Assembly: GCA_002376845.1 (NCBI GenBank)
Contig: DFOS01000008.1
Coordinates: 3,583-67,582 of the forward strand
Length of the DNA: 64,000 bases
From: Bdellovibrionaceae bacterium UBA3535
Lineage (GTDB): Bacteria; Bdellovibrionota; Bdellovibrionia; Bdellovibrionales; UBA840
Direction: 5' to 3'
Made by a program: the position numbers and the translations under genes. The notes under the pieces are model-generated. The model made no database searches. It saw only the letters and a program-made list of their open reading frames with translations, and was not told the DNA's origin. This document shows positions 43,198-51,806 of the stretch, one piece after another (positions within the stretch are counted from its first letter, which is position 1; every line of letters begins with the position of its first letter).

Positions 43198-44703
43198 ATG
43201 CGCCAGTTTATATTAGCGATCGATCAAGGCACAACGGGAACTACAGCGGCCATTGTCAATGAGCAAGGAGACATTCTTGCAAAAGTAAACCGGGAGTACC
43301 CACAGATCTACCCGAAGGCCGGCTGGGTGGAGCATGATTTAAAAGATATCTGGGATTCCGTTGCTTATACTGTAGACCATGTGATTACCAAGGCGAAAGA
43401 ACATGGTTTAAAAAGCCGAAGTGAAATCGCCTGCATAGGTATAACCAATCAAAGAGAAACTGTAGCGCTATGGGATAAAAAAACCTCGGAGCCCATCCAT
43501 AATGCCATTGTATGGCAGTGTCGCCGGACGGCGGACTTTTGTAAAAAGCATAAGAAAAAAGAAAAATGGCTAAGAAAGAAAACAGGTCTAGTTTTAGATC
43601 CGTATTTTTCTGCAACAAAAGTTCGTTGGCTGCTGGAGAACGTAAACCATGCCCGTAAGAAAGCGAAGGCAGGCTTATTGGCCATGGGAACCATGGACAC
43701 CTATTTACTATGGCGCCTCACAAATGGTGAGGTGCATGCAACGGATGTTACCAATGCCTCTAGGACTGCGTTGATGAATTTAAAACATTTGCAGTGGGAT
43801 TCGGAGCTGTTGGACTTTTTTTCTGTGCCGGAGGAGATCTTGCCGGAGATTCGCCCCTCAAGTGGTGTCTTTGGCTTAACCAACGGACTTAGCTTTCTGC
43901 CTGATGGTATTCCCATTGCCGGCATTGCCGGGGACCAACAGTCCGCTCTTTTTGGGCAAACCTGTTTTAAAAAAGGCGATGCCAAGTGCACATTTGGTAC
44001 GGGCTCCTTTTTGCTAATGAATACGGGAGATACACTGGTGCAGTCAAAAAGTGGACTGCTGACCACCGTTGCCTGGCAATTAGATGACAAAAAACCAGTT
44101 TATTCCCTGGAAGGTTCGGCCTTTATATGCGGGGCTGCGGTGCAGTGGCTAAGGGATAATTTAGGTTTTATTCAAGAAAGCGCACAGGTAGAAGAATTGG
44201 CGGCTGCCGTCGAGGATGCGGATGGCGTGGAGTTTGTTCCCAGCTTTACGGGACTTGGGGCACCTTATTGGCAGCCCGAGGCCAGAGCAATGCTTTGTGG
44301 AATGACCCGTGGAACCAACCGTCACCATATTGCTAGGGCTTGTCTAGAAGGGATGGCGCTACAAAATGTAGATCTATTAAAGGCCATGCAAAAAGATTTG
44401 GACAAAAAAATGAATTCTCTAAAAGTAGATGGCGGGGCAGTGGCCAACGATCTTTTGATGCAAATTCAATCGGATTTTCTTGGCGCTAAAGTGGTACGTC
44501 CCTCACAGATTGAAACTACGGTATTGGGGGCTGCGTTTTTGGCAGGGCTTGCAGTGGGTGTTTGGTCCTCCACCAAAGACATTGAAAGTGTTTGGAAGCA
44601 AGACAAGATCTTTTGTCCGCAATATACCGAGAAAAAAAGAAAGGATCGCTTGCACCGGTGGCATCGAGCCATCAAGAGTGTTAGTACTTTTGCCAAATCG
44701 TAA
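43198..44703 (+). CDS. glpK: glycerol kinase
   Basis: Trimmed to the ATG at 43198 (SD ggaggagg). Motifs ILAIDQGTTGTTA, GITNQRETV and GDQQSALFGQ. Confidence 0.95.
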   Translation: MRQFILAIDQGTTGTTAAIVNEQGDILAKVNREYPQIYPKAGWVEHDLKDIWDSVAYTVDHVITKAKEHGLKSRSEIACIGITNQRETVALWDKKTSEPIHNAIVWQCRRTADFCKKHKKKEKWLRKKTGLVLDPYFSATKVRWLLENVNHARKKAKAGLLAMGTMDTYLLWRLTNGEVHATDVTNASRTALMNLKHLQWDSELLDFFSVPEEILPEIRPSSGVFGLTNGLSFLPDGIPIAGIAGDQQSALFGQTCFKKGDAKCTFGTGSFLLMNTGDTLVQSKSGLLTTVAWQLDDKKPVYSLEGSAFICGAAVQWLRDNLGFIQESAQVEELAAAVEDADGVEFVPSFTGLGAPYWQPEARAMLCGMTRGTNRHHIARACLEGMALQNVDLLKAMQKDLDKKMNSLKVDGGAVANDLLMQIQSDFLGAKVVRPSQIETTVLGAAFLAGLAVGVWSSTKDIESVWKQDKIFCPQYTEKKRKDRLHRWHRAIKSVSTFAKS

Positions 44704-44712
44704 GAGGTAAAA

Positions 44713-45303
44713 GTGAGTGATTTTATAGCCTGTTTTATCCCCGTTTTTGTGGCCGTGAATGTCCTGGGCATCTTGCCGTCCTTTATGGCCATGACCAACG
44801 ACTTGTCGGTTCACGCGCGGAAAAGAATTACCGCTCAGGCTTGTGCTACAGCCATGGTGGTCGGGCTTGTTTTTGTTTTTTTGGGTAAAAGTATTTTTAA
44901 CTTTTTGGGAATTACCATTGCAGATTTTCAAATTGCTGGTGGTGTGCTGTTGTTTTTATTTGCTTTGCGCGACTTGAACAAAGGTCATGAGGGGCGACGC
45001 GTACTAAGTGATAGTGACGAGGATGTTGGCATTGTACCAATAGGTATGCCCCTTATCGCGGGTCCCGGAGTCTTAACCACAGTGCTTGTGCTTGAGGGCA
45101 AATATGGTTTTCTTCTTACGAGTTTGAACTTATTGATTAATATTGGAATCGTTTATCTAGTTTTTCTCAACTCACAACATATTTTAAAGTTGATGGGAAA
45201 ATCTGGTGCCACGGCATTCGGCAAGGTCTTTTCTATCTTTCTAGCGGCCATCGGAATTAGTTTGATCCGATCGGGCATTTTGGCCTTCGTGGAAAAATTA
45301 TGA
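44713..45303 (+). CDS. MarC-family (UPF0056) integral membrane protein
   Basis: 196 aa with six TM segments and the PIGMPLIAGPG motif. GTG start. Confidence 0.75.
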   Translation: MSDFIACFIPVFVAVNVLGILPSFMAMTNDLSVHARKRITAQACATAMVVGLVFVFLGKSIFNFLGITIADFQIAGGVLLFLFALRDLNKGHEGRRVLSDSDEDVGIVPIGMPLIAGPGVLTTVLVLEGKYGFLLTSLNLLINIGIVYLVFLNSQHILKLMGKSGATAFGKVFSIFLAAIGISLIRSGILAFVEKL

Positions 45304-46361
45304 ATTCCTTAAGAGAAGTGAAAACGCAAATGCACTTTGCCTCAGACAACAATTCTGGAGCTTTGCCGGAAATCATGCAGGCTATGAATGATTGCAATCG
45401 CGGTCATGTTCCTTCTTATGGTGAAGATGAGTTCACAAAACTAGCCAATGCAGAAATGCAAAAAGCCTTTGGTAAGTGCGACATTTATTATATGTTCAAT
45501 GGTACTGCCGCCAATGTTGTGGCCTTAAAGTCCTTGCTGCAGCCTTATGAAGCGGTCATTTGTAGTGACGTTTCACATTTGCAAAATGATGAGTGTGGGG
45601 CACCCGAAGCGAATATTGGCTGTAAGCTGCTTTTATGTGAAACCACCGACGGTAAGCTCAGTCCCCAAAGCATTGAAGAAAAATTGCTGCGCTTAGGTGA
45701 TACTCACCATGTGCAAGCAAAAGTGATCTCGATCACTCAGCCCACGGAATATGGCACCACATATACATTGGAAGAACTGCAAAAACTTCGAGATTTTGCC
45801 AAAGCAAAGAATCTTTATCTTCATATGGATGGCTCGCGTTTGCCAAATGCCACGATTCATCTGAATTGTGATTTAAAAGAAGTGGTGGCCGGCTTTGATA
45901 TTATTTCTTTGGGCGGCACTAAGAATGGTTTGGCAGGGGCTGAAGCCATTTTAAGTTTCTTACCGGAAAAGAAGGATCACTTACGATATTTACGCAAACA
46001 AAGCATGCAGCTAGCAGGCAAGATGCGCTTTGTTTCCTCGCAGTTTTACGCATGGTTAGTAAATGATTTATGGCAAGATACTGCTCGGCATGTATGTGGT
46101 CTTGCGCAAGAGCTTGCCGCAAAGCTTGCGGATCTGCCCGAAGTTGAAATTACACAAAAAGTTCAGTCCAATGCGGTCTTTGCAAAAATGCCCAGAGAAG
46201 TGATCAAAGAAGTTCGTAAAAAATATTTTTTTTACGTTTGGAATGAAAAAACTTGGGAAGTTCGCTTGATGATCAGCTTTGATACTAAGGCTGAGGATGT
46301 GGACGGCTTTGTGCAGGCGGTGAAACAATCTTTGTCAAAGCATGTACCCACTCATCGCTAG
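45300..46361 (+). CDS. ltaE: low-specificity L-threonine aldolase
   Basis: N-terminal FASDNNSG and a PLP-fold body with GGTKNG (Lys) motif. ATGA overlap with the marC-like gene. Confidence 0.8.
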   Translation: MNSLREVKTQMHFASDNNSGALPEIMQAMNDCNRGHVPSYGEDEFTKLANAEMQKAFGKCDIYYMFNGTAANVVALKSLLQPYEAVICSDVSHLQNDECGAPEANIGCKLLLCETTDGKLSPQSIEEKLLRLGDTHHVQAKVISITQPTEYGTTYTLEELQKLRDFAKAKNLYLHMDGSRLPNATIHLNCDLKEVVAGFDIISLGGTKNGLAGAEAILSFLPEKKDHLRYLRKQSMQLAGKMRFVSSQFYAWLVNDLWQDTARHVCGLAQELAAKLADLPEVEITQKVQSNAVFAKMPREVIKEVRKKYFFYVWNEKTWEVRLMISFDTKAEDVDGFVQAVKQSLSKHVPTHR

Positions 46362-47313
46362 CATTTAGGCAAGGTGCCACAAACAATTCTTTGCCGCCAT
46401 GTTCTTCAAAAGTCTCTTTTAATCCCATGCTTAGCTCTTCTATGGTTTCAATGCAGTCGGCTACAAAGGCAGGCGAAAAAACTGCTACAGACTTCACACC
46501 CTGCTTAGCTAGCTCTATGACGGTGTCCTCAGTGTAGGGCTTTACCCATTCGGTGGGGCCAAGGCGAGATTGAAAGCAAATGGTGTAATTTTCTATTCCC
46601 ATCTTTTTGGCGATGGCTACGGCTGTTTTTTTACATTGGGAGACATAACAATTTTTGTTTTGTTCACATTCGATAAAGCAGCAGTTTTCTTTGACCATGC
46701 AATGGCCTTTGCCTTCACCGCGCATTACATCCTTTTTGGGGAGACCGTGAAAAGAAAATAAATAGTGATCAAAGTTTTTATGCGGCAATGAGGTTTCGTA
46801 TACCTGCTTGGAAGCTTCCAGATAATCTTCATGGAAATAAAAGGCGCCAAGGATCTTGGTTTGAATATGCGGATAGCTTTGCATGACTTCTTGAAACTTT
46901 TTAATTGCAGAGCCAGTGGTTGCCTTGGCAAATTGCGGATACAGTGGTAGAAAGTGAATTTCTTCAACACCCTCTTTTGCGAGCTCGGCCACTTTGCTGG
47001 CAATGCTTGGCTTACCATAACGCATGCAAAAATCCACACGCCAGCCATCTAGAGCGCTTTGCAATTTTGCCGTCAAATCCTCTGTGTGTAGCATTAGGGG
47101 GGAGCCGCGCTCGGTCCATACTTTCTGGTAATTTTTGGCTGATTCGTATTTACGTCTAGGCACAATGATAAGATTGACCAAAAACCAGCGAATCGGATAG
47201 GGAATGGTGATCACATCCTCATCCATCAAGAATTCTTTTAAATAGCGAGCCAAGGCTTCCGGCTCCGGAGCATCAGGGGTGCCTAGGTTATTTAGCAAAA
47301 GGGCTTTTTTCAT
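46285..47313 (-). CDS. hemH: ferrochelatase
   Basis: Trimmed to the ATG at 47313 (MKKALLLNNLGTPDAP). Motifs LPLYPQFA, FSFHGLP and FVADCIETIEEL. The 3' end overlaps ltaE by 77 nt. Confidence 0.9.
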   Translation of the reverse strand: MKKALLLNNLGTPDAPEPEALARYLKEFLMDEDVITIPYPIRWFLVNLIIVPRRKYESAKNYQKVWTERGSPLMLHTEDLTAKLQSALDGWRVDFCMRYGKPSIASKVAELAKEGVEEIHFLPLYPQFAKATTGSAIKKFQEVMQSYPHIQTKILGAFYFHEDYLEASKQVYETSLPHKNFDHYLFSFHGLPKKDVMRGEGKGHCMVKENCCFIECEQNKNCYVSQCKKTAVAIAKKMGIENYTICFQSRLGPTEWVKPYTEDTVIELAKQGVKSVAVFSPAFVADCIETIEELSMGLKETFEEHGGKELFVAPCLNASDEWVHALTKIVSPPAQSRPHPQP

Positions 47314-47436
47314 GTATATTGGTACGTATAATTGTCGGGGTTTATTAGCAAAGAAAAAGGTGCGGCCCACTATATTTTTTACCTGTTACTTCGCCCATGT
47401 AACAATATATTACATTGCTCCTTGTGCTATTAGAAG

Positions 47437-48216
47437 GTGCATTGTAATACAGCATGCATGGATGGTCAGGGGCTATTTCGAGATTTTTTAATGACTTATA
47501 TGAGCGATTTGCAGCAAAGCAATCCCTCTTATTCAATGCGAGCGTTTGCTAAAAAATGCTCTGTTCACCCCGCTGTCATCTCGGAGATATTCAGTGGAAA
47601 ACGCAAGGTGTCCACATCGTATGCAAAAAAAATCTTAGAGAACTTAATGATCGACCCCATTAAGCAAGAGCAATTAATTACTTGTTTTGATGATAAGTCT
47701 AGTTCCGAAGATATAAAGTTCAAGCAATTACGAGCTGATCAATACTTTGTTGTGGCGGACCCGATTTATTATTCACTCCTATCATTATTTGATACTCGCA
47801 AGCCTCCCGAACAGCCAGATGAAATAGCGAAGCGTTTAGGCGTCTCGACTTGGAGGGTGGAGCAGGCCATAGAGAGGCTCATTCGACTAGGATTTATTAA
47901 AAAGCATAAAAGTAGCTATAAAAATGTCAGCGAGCCGCTTACAACTACAGAAGATATCGCCAATTCTTCTTTAAAGAAACGTCACGAAAATAATTTAAGA
48001 GCAGCGTTAGAATCACTTTACTCAGATCCAGTTGATGAACGCGATTTTTCTTTTATTACTATGGCAATAGATCCTGACAAAATACCTAAAGCAAAAAAAA
48101 TGATTCGAAAGTTTAAACGAGAACTGGCTAAGGAGCTAGAATCAGGAAATCAAGCAGAAGTTTATGAATTATCTATACAATTATTTCCTCGCTCAAAAAA
48201 AGGAGAGCTAACATGA
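47437..48216 (+). CDS. DUF4423 / TIGR02147-like putative HTH regulator (start uncertain: GTG 47437 or ATG 47458)
   Basis: N-terminus FRDFLMTYMSDLQQSNPSYSMRAFAKKCSVHPAVISEIFSGKRKVS matches my recollection of the TIGR02147 family N-terminal HTH-like region. ATGA overlap with the next gene. Confidence 0.55.
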   Translation: MHCNTACMDGQGLFRDFLMTYMSDLQQSNPSYSMRAFAKKCSVHPAVISEIFSGKRKVSTSYAKKILENLMIDPIKQEQLITCFDDKSSSEDIKFKQLRADQYFVVADPIYYSLLSLFDTRKPPEQPDEIAKRLGVSTWRVEQAIERLIRLGFIKKHKSSYKNVSEPLTTTEDIANSSLKKRHENNLRAALESLYSDPVDERDFSFITMAIDPDKIPKAKKMIRKFKRELAKELESGNQAEVYELSIQLFPRSKKGELT

Positions 48217-50246
48217 AGTATATTATTCTAACCATTACTCAGCTGTTCGTTGTAAGTATGTATGCGTTTGCTGCAAATGAAGGTGGAAATGGGGATTACT
48301 GCGAACAACAAGATTCTATATGTGAGCGAGTGTATTTTGAGGCCTCCAGTAGACATCCTTTGCAAGATAAACTGCTTCAATTAATACGAAGCGCGAAGAT
48401 GCCCAATTACTTAAAAGATGAAATGCTTCGAGATTTACGAGAAACGCTTGTTATTTATAGTGGAGAAGAAATCAGTGTCAAAGATCTACGTTCAAGATAT
48501 GAGAAGCAGGTTACTTCTGTAACCACTAGCGAGGAATTTGATAAGGATGGTAATTTAGTAAAGAAAACAGTTACCACAAAAGAAGATTACCATGAGATTC
48601 TGCCTAAACTAGGAATATTTATACATGGTCCAATAGGTTATAAAGTCGGTGATGAGGAGAACGTTTTTGTAAGAGCGATTACAGAGACAAAACCCATTCC
48701 AAAAGTCATTTATTTTAAGCGCTTCTTAGATTCTATGACAGAGCGCGAGTTAATACAGTTAGTTCTACATGAGCAAGGGCATAGGTTAAAATACTTTAAA
48801 CATAGAGAAGACGAAAGAGCCGTTGAAGGTTGGGCTAATACCATGTCACAGTACCTATTTTCTGAAATTAGCTACGAGGATTTTAAGCAAGATTTAAAAG
48901 CCTTGGGATTTAGATTTGAGACTAGACTTGAGTTTCCGAATCAAAAATATTTAAAGGATAATATTTTTTACTCAGATATCGAGGTAGTTCTTTTTCCCGA
49001 TGATATCATAAACACTGCTATCACTCGTGATCAGTCTTTTCTAGTCGAAGTCGCCGCGAAAGTGTTTGAGAGTTATCCGAGTTTAAAGGGACGTAATCAA
49101 ATACTTCGCATCCGAGGCGAGGTAGAGAGCGCTATAAGATTTTTTGATCAAATAAAAAGGGGTAATGGTGCTACAAGTATAAAATTAAGGGTTACTTATA
49201 CTAAAAAGCTTATAGGGGAAAGTAACAGCTCCTTGTCTACGGAGCAGAGCATTGACTTTATAAGTATGTCAACTTTAGAAATGGAGCAACTAGAGCAGCA
49301 GATTAGTGGTATTACAGAGCCATTTAACTTCTACTTTGATTTTCTAATTGTCGACAAGCATAAATGGGTGCTGCAAAAAAATAAAGAGGAAATGAAGCAT
49401 GTTGTTTTGTATTTGGCCAGTCAATTTGTTGATAGGATTCGAAAAGGGCTGGAGCTTAAGCCTTACGTATACCAAAATATTAACAAAGCATTATATAATA
49501 GAAGTATAACGATTGATTTTTCTGATAAGTGGAATATCAAATATGCTATCGATGAAGATGAAGATGAAGATGAAGATGAAGACGGTAAGTACAGTTTTGA
49601 AAAAATAGAGATTTTTATTGATCAAGATAGCCCCATGGAGGAGCAAGCAGATAAAATATTATCAGCTTTTTTTGAAGAAATAGAGGGGCATTTTGCAGAG
49701 GCTGGGCGTAAAGCAAAGGCTGCTGCAGCCAATAAAAAGTTGCATGAGTATTTTGCGCGTGGTTCAGCGGAAGCTTTGGTGGTGAATATGGATCATCCTG
49801 ATGAGGATTTGCGCTACTATAAAGATGCATTAGCAGAAACAAATTATATTGACTACGCTATGTGTATCCACAGAACTATGCAAGCTAAAAAAATACCAGA
49901 CTTTAAAGTTCACTTGGAGACTAGTAATGATAATTTAGATACTATTTCATATGAATTATATGAAAATAATTTGTATCTGTACATTTCTAGAAATATTTTT
50001 AATGATAAAACTCTTAAGCGAATTTCCAGAGATGTCTTGATTTCTGATAATCTACTTTTTAGGCATCATGAGTTATATTACAAGCGAATTCTTAAAGTAA
50101 ATAGTTATAGTATTACAATGAATGAAAGTAGTTACTCCGAAGTCAGTTTTACATATCGTCCATATTTTCAAGAGTGGAAGATAGATTTTACTATAGCTAT
50201 ATCGGAAAGTTTCGATTTATGTGAGGAGGTCGCTACCTCAAAGTAG
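48213..50246 (+). CDS. hypothetical secreted 677-aa protein with HExxH motif and poly-Asp/Glu tract
   Basis: Signal MKYIILTITQLFVVSMYAFA/AN, LVLHEQGHRL (HExxH), and acidic run IDEDEDEDEDEDGKY. Visibly AT-richer DNA. No family recognised. Confidence 0.6.
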   Translation: MKYIILTITQLFVVSMYAFAANEGGNGDYCEQQDSICERVYFEASSRHPLQDKLLQLIRSAKMPNYLKDEMLRDLRETLVIYSGEEISVKDLRSRYEKQVTSVTTSEEFDKDGNLVKKTVTTKEDYHEILPKLGIFIHGPIGYKVGDEENVFVRAITETKPIPKVIYFKRFLDSMTERELIQLVLHEQGHRLKYFKHREDERAVEGWANTMSQYLFSEISYEDFKQDLKALGFRFETRLEFPNQKYLKDNIFYSDIEVVLFPDDIINTAITRDQSFLVEVAAKVFESYPSLKGRNQILRIRGEVESAIRFFDQIKRGNGATSIKLRVTYTKKLIGESNSSLSTEQSIDFISMSTLEMEQLEQQISGITEPFNFYFDFLIVDKHKWVLQKNKEEMKHVVLYLASQFVDRIRKGLELKPYVYQNINKALYNRSITIDFSDKWNIKYAIDEDEDEDEDEDGKYSFEKIEIFIDQDSPMEEQADKILSAFFEEIEGHFAEAGRKAKAAAANKKLHEYFARGSAEALVVNMDHPDEDLRYYKDALAETNYIDYAMCIHRTMQAKKIPDFKVHLETSNDNLDTISYELYENNLYLYISRNIFNDKTLKRISRDVLISDNLLFRHHELYYKRILKVNSYSITMNESSYSEVSFTYRPYFQEWKIDFTIAISESFDLCEEVATSK

Positions 50247-50352
50247 TTGTAACTAGTGTCTTAGGGTGTTTATACCTGTTGTCGCCCTTATTTTCTAGGG
50301 GCGGTGGAGTGTCGAAAGTTTAAGACTAGCTCGTAGAAGCTCTGCTTAATTT

Positions 50353-51783
50353 TTAAAGATCAAGATCTCTACTTTTATTCTTTGGTCGCGGACGTTTCTG
50401 AAACAGCGACCTTAAATCACGAACGTGAGAGATCCAATGAATATTGGCCAAATCTTTTTTGTCTAGATCTTGCAAATGTCGTTTGTTGGACTTGGGCATA
50501 TAAAACTTTTTATATCCTAGCTTTTTAGCCTCCTGTAACCGCACTTCTGCAAAGGGGACCGCTCGAATTTCACCTGTAAGTCCGATCTCGCCAAAAAAGC
50601 AGGAGCCTTCTTGCAGGCACTGATTGCCTTCGGAGGACATAATGGCTGCAACGATGGCAAGATCGGCAGCAGGCTCTTCGATTTTTAAGCCACCCACCAC
50701 ATTGGCAAAGACATCTTGGTTGGAAAATTGCAAATTTAAATACTTTTCTAAGACCGCCAAAAGCAAATGTAAACGATTGTGCGACAAGCCAATGCTCGTG
50801 CGGCGGGGAATGTTCAACGGCGTAAAGGAAACCAGGGATTGGATTTCGCAGAGAAAAGGGCGTTGTCCTTCCATGCAGGCAAAGACCGCTGAGCCCATGG
50901 TGTCCACTTCGTGCTTTTCTAAAAACATTTCAGAGGGATTGCTTACTTCTTCTAGGCCTGAGCCCAACATTTGAAAAACACCCAATTGGTTGGCGGGACC
51001 AAAACGGTTTTTTAAGGAGCGCAAAAGACGAAACTGGTAATTGGTATCGCCTTCAAAAGACAAGACTGTGTCTACCATATGTTCCAAAACCTTTGGCCCT
51101 GCAAGATTGCCATCTTTGGTTACGTGCCCAATCAAAACCACAGCAATATTTTTGTTTTTTGCTAACATCATCAATTGTCCCGCACATTCTCGAACTTGTG
51201 ATACCGAGCCAGGGGCCGAGGTAATGTCAGGCAGATAAATTGTTTGAATGGAATCGACAATCAAAACCCGCGGTTGTTTTTCATTGGTCAAATTGGTGAT
51301 GCTTTGTAAATTGTTGATCGAGGAAACCTCAACCAAATCTGAAGAGACGCCCAAGCGTTGTGCCCGCAGGGCCGTTTGATCCACACTTTCTTCAGCCGAA
51401 ACATAAAGGCAAGGGATTTTGTTTTTTGCCAAACCGCCAACCATTTGTAATAGCAAGGTGGACTTGCCTATGCCTGGATCTCCACCTAGTAAGGTAAAGC
51501 TACCAGGAACCAATCCGCCGCCTAGCACTCGGTCTAGCTCTTCGTAATTGGTAGACCATCTTTGTACACGTTGCTCCGTTACCTTTTCACTTAGTTTAAT
51601 GGCCTGCGCCTTCTTTTTTTCGGCACCAATGGCCCAGCCGCGCGCGTCTTTTGCTTCTGGCTGAAAAGTTTCTTCCACAATGGTGTTCCATTGATTACAT
51701 TCAGAGCACTTACCTTGCCACTTGGGAAACTGAGCACCGCAACTTTGGCACGAATATACAGATTTGGTCTTCATTTTTGGCAT
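50353..51783 (-). CDS. radA: DNA repair protein RadA/Sms
   Basis: N-terminal zinc finger CQSCGAQFPKWQGKCSECNQWNT, Walker A GDPGIGKST, KNRFG motif and Lon-like C-terminus. Confidence 0.95.
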   Translation of the reverse strand: MPKMKTKSVYSCQSCGAQFPKWQGKCSECNQWNTIVEETFQPEAKDARGWAIGAEKKKAQAIKLSEKVTEQRVQRWSTNYEELDRVLGGGLVPGSFTLLGGDPGIGKSTLLLQMVGGLAKNKIPCLYVSAEESVDQTALRAQRLGVSSDLVEVSSINNLQSITNLTNEKQPRVLIVDSIQTIYLPDITSAPGSVSQVRECAGQLMMLAKNKNIAVVLIGHVTKDGNLAGPKVLEHMVDTVLSFEGDTNYQFRLLRSLKNRFGPANQLGVFQMLGSGLEEVSNPSEMFLEKHEVDTMGSAVFACMEGQRPFLCEIQSLVSFTPLNIPRRTSIGLSHNRLHLLLAVLEKYLNLQFSNQDVFANVVGGLKIEEPAADLAIVAAIMSSEGNQCLQEGSCFFGEIGLTGEIRAVPFAEVRLQEAKKLGYKKFYMPKSNKRHLQDLDKKDLANIHWISHVRDLRSLFQKRPRPKNKSRDLDL

Positions 51784-51806
51784 AAAACTTTGCTATCATT
51801 TTTATA

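Noticed and set aside
47437-50246. Calling the AT-richer DUF4423 and 677-aa unit an integrative genomic island.
   Set aside because: No integrase, tRNA target, flanking direct repeats or mobility genes were seen. Only the compositional impression and the odd gene content support foreign origin, so it is reported as a finding rather than as a mobile element feature.
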